Assembly (NCBI GenBank): GCA_024282035.1
Contig: JAMWZR010000002.1
Location: 49,954 to 113,953 of the forward strand
Length of the DNA: 64,000 bases
Direction of reading: 5' to 3'
DNA from: Nitrosomonas sp.
GTDB taxonomy: Bacteria > Pseudomonadota > Gammaproteobacteria > Burkholderiales > Nitrosomonadaceae
The translations under genes were made by a program, and so were the position numbers. Below the pieces are notes generated by a model. That model ran no database searches and was not told the origin of the DNA. It saw only the letters and a list, made by a program, of their open reading frames with translations. Every line of letters starts with the position of its first letter. Within the stretch, counting starts at the first letter, position 1. Of the stretch, positions 42,480 to 52,446 are shown piece by piece.

Positions 42480-42493
42480 TAGGAATATTCCTA
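42480..42493. promoter_or_regulatory. Perfect 14-bp palindrome TAGGAATATTCCTA (RcsAB-box-like) upstream of mcp2
   Basis: Self-complementary; 13/14 identical to the site at 39831. Confidence 0.55.
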
Positions 42494-42520
42494 TCAGGAA
42501 TTTTCTTTTTTTACCGATAA
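42494..42520 (+). promoter_or_regulatory. Sigma28-like promoter for mcp2
   Basis: TCAG-15 nt-ACCGATAA, compared with the FliA consensus TAAA/TCAAG-N15-GCCGATAA. Confidence 0.45.
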
Positions 42521-42745
42521 GGTCAGGAGCAAACTGACAGAATCGGCTCTCAAGTCACTAGTAACACTATCATTTCTGTGAATTTCAAATTTAAGAATCC
42601 AGCGGATTTCATTGCCAAATCGCCTAAATCAGGGATGGATGATTTGTAGATTCACGATGTTGCGAGATAGGTTGGCTACATCAGTCAGTTAGATCGAAAA
42701 TGTGAGTGAGTAAAGAGATTTAATAGAAAGTACTTATAGGAGACA

Positions 42746-44479
42746 ATGATGTTTAGAGACACAACGGTCAGGTTTCGTATGATGTTCGTGATTGGTATGT
42801 CGACTCTGCTGATGGTCGGTGTCGGTTCTTTTGGTTTATACAACTATTATGATGCCAATGAACGGCTAAAGTCTCTGCATGAAAACCGCACCATGGCATT
42901 AACTTATCTGGGAACCATTCTCGATCGTTGGTATATGGTTCGTTTGAATGGTCTGGATTCCGTTACGAAGAAAGACGTAAACAATGCCAAGACCAAATCT
43001 GATCAAAGCATGGTTTTGATTAAAGAGATCGAAGAGCTTTGGGCAAAATACCTGCCCACCATAGTCACCGATGAAGAAGCTATGTTGTCCAGGAATCTGA
43101 CCGATCAGACCAAAGATTACATCTAGGCGCTGAAGCTAACCTACCAGTATTCCATAGCCGGTGATTTCGAAGCGGCTGTTAACAATGCAGCCAACAATGG
43201 CGGACCAAAATTCGCAGCATTGCGTACAACGGTATTTAAGCTGCTTGACCTGCAGGGGATCGATGGTTCTAAAGAATATGCGGTCGCACAAAGTACGTTT
43301 GAACGGATTTCCACTACTCTGATTGCCGTGATGATAATCGGTGCGATACTGGCCATTATTTTGGGATTGTTGCTATTGCGCTCGATTATTAATCCATTAA
43401 ATGAAGCGGTGGAAATAGCAAACCGGGTGGCTTCTGGCGATCTCACTAACCAGATCGAGGTAAATTCCACAAATGAAACTGGAAAGCTGTTGCAAGCACT
43501 GAAATCAATGAACGATAACCTGGTCGATCTGATCGGTAAAGTTCGCATGAGTACCGATTCGATTTCCACGGCTACCAGTGAAATCGCTTCGGGTAATACT
43601 GACTTGAGCCAACGCACGGAAGAACAGGCATCCAGTCTGGAAGAAACAGCCTCATCGATGGAAGAACTGACATCGACAGTCAGGCAGAATGCGGACAACG
43701 CGCATCAGGCCAACCAGCTAGCGGCGGGTGCATCCGAAGTAGCTGTGAAGGGCGGCACTGTGGTTGGGCAAGTCGTGCAGACCATGAGCTCAATCAATGC
43801 AAGCTCGAAAAAGATTGTCGAAATTATCGCCGTCATCGATGGCATCGCATTCCAGACCAATATTCTGGCACTGAATGCTGCTGTTGAAGCTGCCCGTGCA
43901 GGAGAACAGGGTCGTGGTTTTGCCGTGGTGGCAACGGAAGTGCGCACATTGGCGCAACGTTCTGCAGCAGCAGCGAAGGAAATCAAGGAACTGATCAATG
44001 ACTCGGTAACCAAGGTGGAAGAAGGTACGAGACTGGTCGACGAGGCCGGCTCAACGATGGATGAAATCGTCAGTGCGGTGAAGCGTGTGACCGATATCAT
44101 GAGCGAAATTTCTGCCGCTTCACAGGAACAAAGTTCGGGTATCGAACAGGTCAATCAGGCGGTAACACAGATGGACGAGGCGACCCAGCAAAATGCTGCG
44201 CTGGTCGAAGAGGCAGCAGCAGCAGCGGAATCAATGATAGAACAAGCACACGTTCTATCGCAAGCGGTGACCATTTTCAAACTGGCGCACGGAAACCATC
44301 AGTCTGCACCGATGATGGTCAAACGCACCAATCGACCTAATGTAAACAAGCTTCCCAATCGTGGACCGGCTACCAAAAAATCCAGTGTAAGAACGAGTTC
44401 GGAGGGAGCGGAAACCATGCCGTCACAACCGCGCAAGGTCGCAGCCGGTGGAAGCAATAACGACTGGGAAGAGTTTTAG
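42746..44479 (+). pseudogene. Methyl-accepting chemotaxis protein 2 interrupted by an in-frame TAG at 43124-43126
   Basis: ORFs 42746-43126 and 43220-44479 are in the same frame. Reading through TAG gives ...[23 protein letters not shown]..., collinear with mcp1; total length is 1734 vs 1728 bp. Confidence 0.88.
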
Positions 44480-44508
44480 TTCGTTATTTAGGGATTGAGT
44501 GAAAATAC

Positions 44509-44540
44509 AAAACCCTCGAGTCTATGACTCGGGGGTTTTT
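44509..44540 (+). terminator. Rho-independent terminator after mcp2
   Basis: aaaaccctcgagtc-tat-gactcgggggttttt; homologous to the mcp1 terminator. Confidence 0.85.
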
Positions 44541-44607
44541 ATTTTTATTGCACGGATACTAAACTCAAAAGTTTGGATGGTGATTGCGGGTGTGATTACA
44601 TCATCAA

Positions 44608-45150
44608 TTAGTGACTCCAGGGTGCGATATTACGTTCGTCTAGCAACCTGTGCCGCTTGATACCCATTTCGTCAAAATCCGCTTGTTCCAGTGCATTGAT
44701 CTGATAGATGCCCGATGGCATGTAAATTTTGATGTGGCCATCAGCGACGGCAATATTATGCGTACCATCCTTGTGCATGCGGATACTGAAGCGTGTACCG
44801 GTATCCTTGATCATGGCACTGCCAACCTTGATTTCGAGCTTGTTTAAAGCGCCTGGCTGGACGTCAAAATAAACATTTCCCTTAAAAATTTCGACTTGCA
44901 GTGGTTCACCTTCCTTGACAGCAACGGAGCTTTGCAGATCAAGTACCATGTTGATTTCTGGGGTCAGACTCGTTACCAGGTTTTGTTCGGTTTTGGTTTC
45001 ATAAAAACGGATGCTGTGTGGTTTGCCAAAATACCAGGTTAGCAATCCCAATAGGATACAAAAACCCATGATCAGGCAGTGAATCAGAAAGCGCCGCCAG
45101 CTAAAAACAAAAGTAAATGGTTCTATGACCGGTGGTTCTGGTTTGTGCAT
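44608..45150 (-). CDS. Short FecR-domain membrane protein
   Basis: One TM segment, then FecR-like strands (YETK..., MVLDLQS, GNVYFDV, DTGTRFSIR, AVADGHI). Confidence 0.7.
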   Translation of the reverse strand: MHKPEPPVIEPFTFVFSWRRFLIHCLIMGFCILLGLLTWYFGKPHSIRFYETKTEQNLVTSLTPEINMVLDLQSSVAVKEGEPLQVEIFKGNVYFDVQPGALNKLEIKVGSAMIKDTGTRFSIRMHKDGTHNIAVADGHIKIYMPSGIYQINALEQADFDEMGIKRHRLLDERNIAPWSH

Positions 45151-45390
45151 GAGAAGTCTAAAGAAACAATGAAAGCGGATTAATATACTGAGCTGGATCG
45201 GGATTGGCAAGCCTTCGAAATCCTCGTCGAGAGTGTGAGTTTGCTCGATTTATATTTAAGCTGGTTGGATTGAATGCCAACTAAATCAGTTGATTGAAAC
45301 ATAATAAGCAATCGAGAAAATCTCGATTGCTTATGGATACCGCTTGGCGGATTGTTGGATTTGCCGACAACGATTCGGAATAATCTCAGA

Positions 45391-45756
45391 TCATGGATTG
45401 ACTACTTCAAGACTGACACGTGCCCGTCCTTTTTTCAGAAAACCGAGTTCTTCTGCCGCACGTTTGGTTACATCGATAAGATTGCGATTGCGGGTACGCA
45501 TGCGGTCATTGATTTTAACGACGACACTCTGATTGTTCTGTAAGTTGGTCACTTTCACATGTGTTCCATAGGGAAGTTTTTTGTGTGCTGCAGTCAATCC
45601 GCCTTGATCGAATATTTCATTGTTTGCGGTTTTCTTGCCCTGGAATTTATCACTATAGTGAACGGCAGTACCTGTTTCTGCCGAGGCCAAGCCAGGTATG
45701 AGAACTAAATATGCCGTCAAAGCGGTAACGATTAGTTTATTGATACTTTTTTTCAT
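45391..45756 (-). CDS. rlpA: RlpA-like DPBB lytic transglycosylase family protein (short form)
   Basis: GTAVHYSDKFQGKKTANNEIFD...TAAHKKLPYGTHVKVTNL...VVVKINDR...IDVT; Sec signal peptide. Confidence 0.9.
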   Translation of the reverse strand: MKKSINKLIVTALTAYLVLIPGLASAETGTAVHYSDKFQGKKTANNEIFDQGGLTAAHKKLPYGTHVKVTNLQNNQSVVVKINDRMRTRNRNLIDVTKRAAEELGFLKKGRARVSLEVVNP

Positions 45757-45928
45757 TGCATTCTCCTTATCTGTCAATGCGTGATGTATTGTCTTGGAAT
45801 GTGTGTAAGCATTGTATTGCGATCACTTTATCAAGACTAGAGCAAATCCGAATTGATTTGCTGGGGTTATCTGTAATGGTAACGTTACGGATCATAATGG
45901 TTGAGCGGTAGTTGAGCCTTGATCCAGC

Positions 45929-46804
45929 TTAAGTTTTTAACCAGTTCTCGCGAAGGGCGCGGGCTGCTATAAAAGTCTGCTGAAGTGTTTCGCCATCTTT
46001 TTCATGCAGAAGTTTTTGCAGAGTCAGTAATTCATCCCGGTAGGCATCAATCTGTTTGATCAGGGTTTCACGATTGGCCAGACAGATATCCCGCCACATT
46101 TCCGGTGAACTGCCGGCAATTCGTGTGAAATCGCGTAGACCGCTACCGGCAAAATGCAGTAACTGATCTGGTTCGGGGGTGCTGTGACGAATATGATTCA
46201 TCATGGCAAAAGCCAGGATGTGGGGAAGGTGGCTGGTGATGGCGAGTATCCGATCATGTTCGTCGGCGGACATATGCGAAACAGATGCTCCGCATGCCTG
46301 CCATAACTGTTTCACCTGTTCAACCGCGTCAGTGCTGGTTTCTGCAAGGGGAGTCAGTATGACATGCTTGTTGTGATAGAGATCGGCTTGCGCTGCTTTG
46401 ACACCGCTGAGCTCAGCACCGGCGATAGGATGACCGGGAACGAAATGATGCCGGTTTGCCATCGGCAAATGATGTTGGGCTGCGGCGATGACATCCTGTT
46501 TGGTGCTGCCGGCGTCGGTGATGATGGTATTGGCCTGTAGATACGGCGCAATCTGTTCCAGAGTATGCGCAGTTTGAGCCACGGGCATGGCCAGGAAAAC
46601 CATGTCTGCCTGATGCAATGCGTGAGCAAGATCCGTTGCGATTTCATCGATGACCTGTAACTCAACTGCTGCCTGCAGATTCTGCGTATTGCGTCCGATT
46701 CCAACGATGTGTTTGACCTTGCCGACACGCCTCAATGCCAGCGCAAAGGAACCACCAATGAGTCCCACACCGATGATAACCAGCTTGTTGATCACAGTCG
46801 TCAT
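45929..46804 (-). CDS. tyrA: Prephenate/arogenate dehydrogenase
   Basis: GVGLIGGS, TDAGSTK, HPIAGAE, SHLPH and DFTRIAGSSPEMWRDI motifs. Confidence 0.96.
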   Translation of the reverse strand: MTTVINKLVIIGVGLIGGSFALALRRVGKVKHIVGIGRNTQNLQAAVELQVIDEIATDLAHALHQADMVFLAMPVAQTAHTLEQIAPYLQANTIITDAGSTKQDVIAAAQHHLPMANRHHFVPGHPIAGAELSGVKAAQADLYHNKHVILTPLAETSTDAVEQVKQLWQACGASVSHMSADEHDRILAITSHLPHILAFAMMNHIRHSTPEPDQLLHFAGSGLRDFTRIAGSSPEMWRDICLANRETLIKQIDAYRDELLTLQKLLHEKDGETLQQTFIAARALRENWLKT

Positions 46805-46829
46805 GGTATCGATTACACAGTTTCCAGTC

Positions 46830-47846
46830 CTAAAGCGTGCGACCGATGACTTCGGCGATACCTTTCAACGTACCCATCAATTCCTTCAATTCATTGGGAT
46901 TCAGAGCCTGATCGGCGTCACACCAGGCCTCACATGGATTCGGGTGCATTTCGACCAGTAATCCATCCGCACCGGCAGCAATGGCAGCACGCGCCAGAGC
47001 CGGTACCATCCAAGCCTTGCCGCCAGCGTGAGAAGGATCGATGATGACGGGCAAGTGGGTTTCACGTTTGAGTACCGGTATGCACGTTACATCCAGTACA
47101 TTGCGATAAGCGGTTTCGAAGGTACGGATGCCGCGTTCGCAGAAAATGATGTTGTGATTGCCGCCGGCCGCGATGTACTCGGCTGCCATGAGCCACTCGG
47201 AAATGGTGGCGGACAGACCGCGTTTGAGGATCACGGGTTTGTTGATACGGCCGACTTCCTTCAGCAGATCGAAGTTCTGCATGTTGCGGGTGCCGATCTG
47301 AATGACGTCGACATCATGTTCAAGGAATGTGTCGAGCATACGTACATCCATCAGCTCGGTGACGATGGGCAAATGGTATTTGTCGGCAGCCTTACGAAAG
47401 ATACCGAGACCGTCGACGCCCTTGCCCTGAAAAGTGTATGGACTGGTACGGGGTTTGAAGGCACCGCCACGCATTAGCCGACAACCGGCTGCTGCGACCT
47501 GTTGTGCGGCCAGGTCCATCTGTTCCTGAGTTTCAACGGAGCAGGGGCCGCCGATGATTTGTACCTGCTTGCCACCGATGGGGATACCCCTGACATCAAT
47601 GACCGAATCCTGGCGATGCGATTCTCGCGATACGATCTTGTATTGCTTGACGATATGCATCGAATATTCCACGCCAGGCATGGTGTCGAACAATTCCGGA
47701 TCGAGTTTGCTTTCATCGCCGATGGCGCCGATGACGATACGTTTGGTGCCTCGTGAAATATTGACTTCGTGTCCCAGGTCCTGGATTTTCTTGACTACGG
47801 CTCCGATTTGATCTTCGGATACATCTTTGTTCATGATGATGATCAC
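46830..47846 (-). CDS. aroF: DAHP synthase, class I-beta with N-terminal regulatory domain
   Basis: [32 protein letters not shown] and IDPSHAGG motifs. Confidence 0.95.
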   Translation of the reverse strand: MIIIMNKDVSEDQIGAVVKKIQDLGHEVNISRGTKRIVIGAIGDESKLDPELFDTMPGVEYSMHIVKQYKIVSRESHRQDSVIDVRGIPIGGKQVQIIGGPCSVETQEQMDLAAQQVAAAGCRLMRGGAFKPRTSPYTFQGKGVDGLGIFRKAADKYHLPIVTELMDVRMLDTFLEHDVDVIQIGTRNMQNFDLLKEVGRINKPVILKRGLSATISEWLMAAEYIAAGGNHNIIFCERGIRTFETAYRNVLDVTCIPVLKRETHLPVIIDPSHAGGKAWMVPALARAAIAAGADGLLVEMHPNPCEAWCDADQALNPNELKELMGTLKGIAEVIGRTL

Positions 47847-48961
47847 GCTAATTCTCCCAGTGCATGCTCCAGCGATTCCAGGAATCGCTGATTTTGTGAT
47901 TGCAGTCCTACCGTGACCCGAAGGTGATGCGGCATTTCGTAGATTCCCAGAGGACGTACTATGATTCCTTGTCGTAACAGACTTTGATATACCTTGGGTG
48001 TATTGGCCGCATCGCCGGCCACACGAAAGGTAATGAAATTGCCGTACGATGGGATATATTCAATTCCCATTTTGCGAAAACCATCGGTGAGTTGCAACAT
48101 ACCGGCACGGTTAAGTGCATAGGATTTCTGCACGAACTCGGCATCTTGCAGTGCTGCCAACGCACCCACCAAACCGATGCTGCTGACATTGAACGGTTGA
48201 CGCACACGATTCATCAGATTGGCGACGTCAGGGTGGGTCAGACCGAAACCGACGCGCACACCTGCCAGACCATAAACCTTGGAAAACGTGCGGGTGATCA
48301 AAAGATTGGAAAATTGTTTGAGCCATTTGATACTGTCGGGCTTATTCGCTTCCGGCAAGTATTCGTAATAAGCTTCATCCATTACCACCAGCACATCACG
48401 AGAAACACGTTCCATGAAACGGAATAACTCGTTTTCCGGAGACAACGTACCGGTCGGGTTGTTGGGGCTGGCAATGAACACGATCCGGGTTTCCGGAGTA
48501 ATGGCGTCCAGCATCGCAAGCAGGTCATGGCCGTAGTCTCGCGCAGGCACGGCTATGCCATGGGCGCCGATCATCTGCACCACCAAGGGATAGACGGCAA
48601 AGGCATGTTGAGAATAGACTGCCGCGGCACCGGGCTTGAGAAAGACGCGTGCCGCCAGATCCAGGATGTCATTGGAGCCGTTTCCCAGAATGATTTGATC
48701 AGGGGAAACACCATAACGTTTGGAAAGCTCGGACTTCAGTTCATAGCCGCTTCCATCCGGGTACAGCGCCACGTCATGCAATGTGCTGACCATGGCTTCC
48801 AGTGCCAGTGGACTGGTGCCGAGAGGATTTTCATTGGAAGCCAGTTTGATGACAAGGGCTTCATTCAGCCCCATTTCCCGGGCCAATTCCGAAATGGGCT
48901 TGCCGGGCTGGTAAGGTTGAATGGAGCGGATATATTCCGGCGCAAAATCACAGAGATTCAT
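47843..48961 (-). CDS. hisC: Histidinol-phosphate aminotransferase
   Basis: [26 protein letters not shown] and [15 protein letters not shown] motifs. Confidence 0.96.
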   Translation of the reverse strand: MNLCDFAPEYIRSIQPYQPGKPISELAREMGLNEALVIKLASNENPLGTSPLALEAMVSTLHDVALYPDGSGYELKSELSKRYGVSPDQIILGNGSNDILDLAARVFLKPGAAAVYSQHAFAVYPLVVQMIGAHGIAVPARDYGHDLLAMLDAITPETRIVFIASPNNPTGTLSPENELFRFMERVSRDVLVVMDEAYYEYLPEANKPDSIKWLKQFSNLLITRTFSKVYGLAGVRVGFGLTHPDVANLMNRVRQPFNVSSIGLVGALAALQDAEFVQKSYALNRAGMLQLTDGFRKMGIEYIPSYGNFITFRVAGDAANTPKVYQSLLRQGIIVRPLGIYEMPHHLRVTVGLQSQNQRFLESLEHALGELA

Positions 48962-49028
48962 AAAAGCTTTGGTATGAGTTGGCAAAAAATGATTATTGAA
49001 TGTAGAGTATCGGTATGAGAGTGGCCTG

Positions 49029-50099
49029 CTAGGCAGCCGGATAGGAACCAAGAATTTTCAGGAAACTGGCTTTATTGAGCAGATCACCGAGAGCGGCTGC
49101 CACGTTCGCATCTTCCTGATGACCTTCGATATCGATAAAGAAAACATACCGCCATAGACCTGTGCGAGATGGTCGAGACTCCAGACGGCTCATGCTGACG
49201 CCATGAAAGGCCAGTGGCTCCAGTAGCTGATAGATCGCACCAGAACGATTGTTGGTCGACATGACCAAGGAAGTCTTGTCCTTTCCCGAAGGACTAACCA
49301 ATTGCCTGCCCAGAATGACGAAACGGGTCGTGTTTTGTGGATCATCCTCAATGTTCTCTGCACGAATCGGTAGTCCGAATAGCGCGGCTGCTCGGTTGCC
49401 GGCAATGGCAGCCGCATGATTGTCGGCTGCAGCCTGCTGTGCTGCATCGGCATTGCTATTGGCGTGAATGCAGGCCACATGAGACAAATGTGGCAGATTG
49501 TTTCTCAGCCAATGATGACACTGTGCCAAGGATTGCGGATGGGAATAAATTTTATTGATCTGACTCCACTCACTTTGCTGTGACATCAAGAACTGATGGA
49601 TTGGCAATTGCAATTCACCACAAATGAGGAGTGGAGTTTGCAACAATAGGTCCATGGTTCTGCCAACGGCTCCTTCCGTGGAATTTTCCACGGGGACGAC
49701 CCCATAATGAGCCGTTTCGGATTCAACGGCACGAAAAACATCATCGATCGAATCGCAAGCCAGTGCAGTAATTGCACTGCCAAAATGTTTGAATGCGGCT
49801 TCCTCGGAGAATGTGCCGCTAGGGCCGAGATAAGCTATAGTCACCGGTTTTTCCAGCGCACGGCAGATCGACATGATCTCGGTGAACAGAGCTTTGATAT
49901 GCGCATTATCGATGGGACCGGTGTTCTGTTTCTGCATGCGCGCCAGTATCTGCGCTTCGCGTTCGGGGCGGTAGATGATGTCGGTATTCTTGATCCTGCC
50001 GATTTCCTGTGCCAACCCAGCGCGTTGATTGACCAGACGAAGTAGTTCGTCGTCAATGGCATCGATCTGGTTGCGTAATTGTTTCAATAACTCTGACAT
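49029..50099 (-). CDS. pheA: Chorismate mutase/prephenate dehydratase (P-protein)
   Basis: N-terminal chorismate mutase domain, [24 protein letters not shown] and ESRPS. Confidence 0.97.
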   Translation of the reverse strand: MSELLKQLRNQIDAIDDELLRLVNQRAGLAQEIGRIKNTDIIYRPEREAQILARMQKQNTGPIDNAHIKALFTEIMSICRALEKPVTIAYLGPSGTFSEEAAFKHFGSAITALACDSIDDVFRAVESETAHYGVVPVENSTEGAVGRTMDLLLQTPLLICGELQLPIHQFLMSQQSEWSQINKIYSHPQSLAQCHHWLRNNLPHLSHVACIHANSNADAAQQAAADNHAAAIAGNRAAALFGLPIRAENIEDDPQNTTRFVILGRQLVSPSGKDKTSLVMSTNNRSGAIYQLLEPLAFHGVSMSRLESRPSRTGLWRYVFFIDIEGHQEDANVAAALGDLLNKASFLKILGSYPAA

Positions 50100-50141
50100 G
50101 GATACTTGTTGTAATTCTGGTTTGACGATAAATGTTGCGAT

Positions 50142-51338
50142 TTACTCCGGAATGGGCAAGTAGCGCGCCATCAGAACACCATCGATGGCTGAAATTTCGA
50201 CCAGTACCGATGTGGGAACCGGACTGTCGACATCGACCATGGTATACGCCATTTCGCCGCGGGATTTGTTGATCATGTTGTGAATGTTCAACCCTGCGCG
50301 AGCCATGCCGGTGGAGATTTGACCGACGATATTGGGTACATTGGCATTGGCAACTGCGATGCGGAAGGGGGATTCGCGTTCCATCTGGATGTCGGGGAAA
50401 TTGACGGTGTTGGTGATGTTGCCATTCTGCAGGAAGTCGATCAACTGATTGACCACCATTACAGCGCAATTCTCTTCTGCTTCGTGTGTGGACGCACCCA
50501 GGTGCGGTAACGTAATGACTCCGGGCTGGTGTTGTAAACGATTGCTGGGGAAATCACTGACATAGCTCTTTAGTTTTCCGCCGGTAATGGCATCCAGAAT
50601 GGCTGTTTCGTCGACAATCGCACCACGGGAGAAATTCAACAGGATGGCGTGATGCTTCATGATCGCGAGTTCTTTCCCGGCAATCAGATGGCGTGTCGAA
50701 TCCAGTAACGGCACATGCACACTGACAAATTCACTGTGTCGCAGCAAGTCCTCCATGCTGTTAGCTTTCTTTACTTCTGCAGAGAGACTCCAGGCCGATT
50801 CGACAGTTATTTTGGGGTCATAACCGATGACTTTCATGCCCAGCTTGATGGCAGAGTTGGCAACCAGTCGACCGATTTCACCGAGGCCGATAATGCCCAG
50901 GGTACGGCTTGGCAATTCGATTCCGGAAAATCGTTTCTTGCCTTCCTCAGCCTGCTTGTTCAGTTCCTCGTCGCTACCTGTCAGCGCAGTGGTGAATTGC
51001 AGTGCTGGAACGATATTGCGAGCCGCCATGAACAGACATGCCATGACCAGTTCCTTGACCGCATTGGCATTGGCTCCAGGCGTATTGAATACCGGAATGC
51101 CACGTCGACTCATCTCTTGCACCGGGATGTTGTTGGTACCGGCGCCGGCACGGCCAATGGCAGTGATTGTTGATGGAATGGTCATGTTCAGCATGTTGTG
51201 CGAACGTACCAATATCGCGTCAGGTTGTTCTACATCATGTCCGACCTGATAGGCGTGGGCGGGAAAACGGTTCAACCCTGTGCTGGAGATATGATTCAGT
51301 GTCTGTATTCTGAATATTTTGGATTGATGATCAAGCAT
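50142..51338 (-). CDS. serA: D-3-phosphoglycerate dehydrogenase with C-terminal ACT domain
   Basis: RAGAGTNNIP, NTPGANANAV, GIIGLGEIG, LPHLGASTHEAEENC; start overlaps the serC stop. Confidence 0.93.
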   Translation of the reverse strand: MLDHQSKIFRIQTLNHISSTGLNRFPAHAYQVGHDVEQPDAILVRSHNMLNMTIPSTITAIGRAGAGTNNIPVQEMSRRGIPVFNTPGANANAVKELVMACLFMAARNIVPALQFTTALTGSDEELNKQAEEGKKRFSGIELPSRTLGIIGLGEIGRLVANSAIKLGMKVIGYDPKITVESAWSLSAEVKKANSMEDLLRHSEFVSVHVPLLDSTRHLIAGKELAIMKHHAILLNFSRGAIVDETAILDAITGGKLKSYVSDFPSNRLQHQPGVITLPHLGASTHEAEENCAVMVVNQLIDFLQNGNITNTVNFPDIQMERESPFRIAVANANVPNIVGQISTGMARAGLNIHNMINKSRGEMAYTMVDVDSPVPTSVLVEISAIDGVLMARYLPIPE

Positions 51339-52422
51339 GCTGACTGGCAAACTCCTCCATAAACGCTGCCAATTTTGCCACACCTTCTAGTGGCATGGCA
51401 TTATAGATTGACGCGCGCATGCCGCCGACCGAACGGTGTCCCTTTAGCTGTATCAGTCCATTGGCTTGTGCCTGCTTTAGGAATGCATCATCGAGTTCCG
51501 GATTTTTCAGAGTAAATGGAACATTCATGCGAGACCGATCCTGATGTGCAACCGGGCAGTGATAAAAATCAGTTCTGTCGAGCAGATCATACAAAATCTG
51601 GGCTTTGGCAATATTGTTTTTTTCCACGGCTACCAATCCACCCTGCCGTTTCAGCCATTCGAACACCAAGCCCGTGATATACATGGCATAAGTGGGCGGG
51701 GTATTGTACATGGAGTCGTTTTTGGCATGAATCTGATAGTCGAATAGTGTCGGCGTGAAGGGTAATGCATTTCCCAGCAAATCTTCGCGAACGATTACCA
51801 GTGTCAGTCCGGCTGGCCCGAGATTCTTTTGTGCACCGGCATATATCAGTCCAAAACGAGTGACATCCATTGGGCGTGACAGAATGTTGGAAGACATGTC
51901 AGCAACCAGCGGTACAGCAGACTCCGGATCCATCTCCGGAATCCAGTGGAACTCCACGCCGCCAATGGTTTCGTTTGTCGTGTAGTGCACATACGCTGCC
52001 TGCGGATCCAGGCGCCACTGCTGTTGGGGCGGGACCGATGTAAAACGATCGGATTCGGATGAAGCAGCTACATTGACCGTGCAATACCGACCTGCTTCTT
52101 CAATGGCCTTGGCGGACCACTGGCCGGTGTGGATATAATCAGCCCGGGTTTTGCCGCGCAACAAATTCATGGGCACCATGGCGAACTGACTGGAAGCACC
52201 GCCTTGCAAGAACAATACGCGATAATGCTTGGGGATGCCGATCAGTTCGCGTAAATCGCTCTCGGTTTTTTCCGCGATGGACATGAATTCCTTGCCACGA
52301 TGACTCATTTCCATGACCGACATGCCGCTGCCATGCCAGTCGAGCATTTCATCGCGTGCCTGCTGCAGTACTTCCTGCGGAAGGACAGCGGGTCCGGCGC
52401 TGAAGTTATAAATCGGTTTCAT
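51331..52422 (-). CDS. serC: Phosphoserine aminotransferase
   Basis: NFSAGPA, MEMSHRGKEF, YAGAQKNLGPAG and GHRSVGGMRASIYNA motifs. Confidence 0.98.
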   Translation of the reverse strand: MKPIYNFSAGPAVLPQEVLQQARDEMLDWHGSGMSVMEMSHRGKEFMSIAEKTESDLRELIGIPKHYRVLFLQGGASSQFAMVPMNLLRGKTRADYIHTGQWSAKAIEEAGRYCTVNVAASSESDRFTSVPPQQQWRLDPQAAYVHYTTNETIGGVEFHWIPEMDPESAVPLVADMSSNILSRPMDVTRFGLIYAGAQKNLGPAGLTLVIVREDLLGNALPFTPTLFDYQIHAKNDSMYNTPPTYAMYITGLVFEWLKRQGGLVAVEKNNIAKAQILYDLLDRTDFYHCPVAHQDRSRMNVPFTLKNPELDDAFLKQAQANGLIQLKGHRSVGGMRASIYNAMPLEGVAKLAAFMEEFASQHA

Positions 52423-52446
52423 GGTTGTATTCGTGAGTAAGGATAA

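Noticed and set aside
43124-43126. Pyrrolysine or selenocysteine recoding of the MCP stop
   Set aside because: Selenocysteine uses TGA, no pyl genes are in the window, and the position is non-catalytic; there is no positive evidence.
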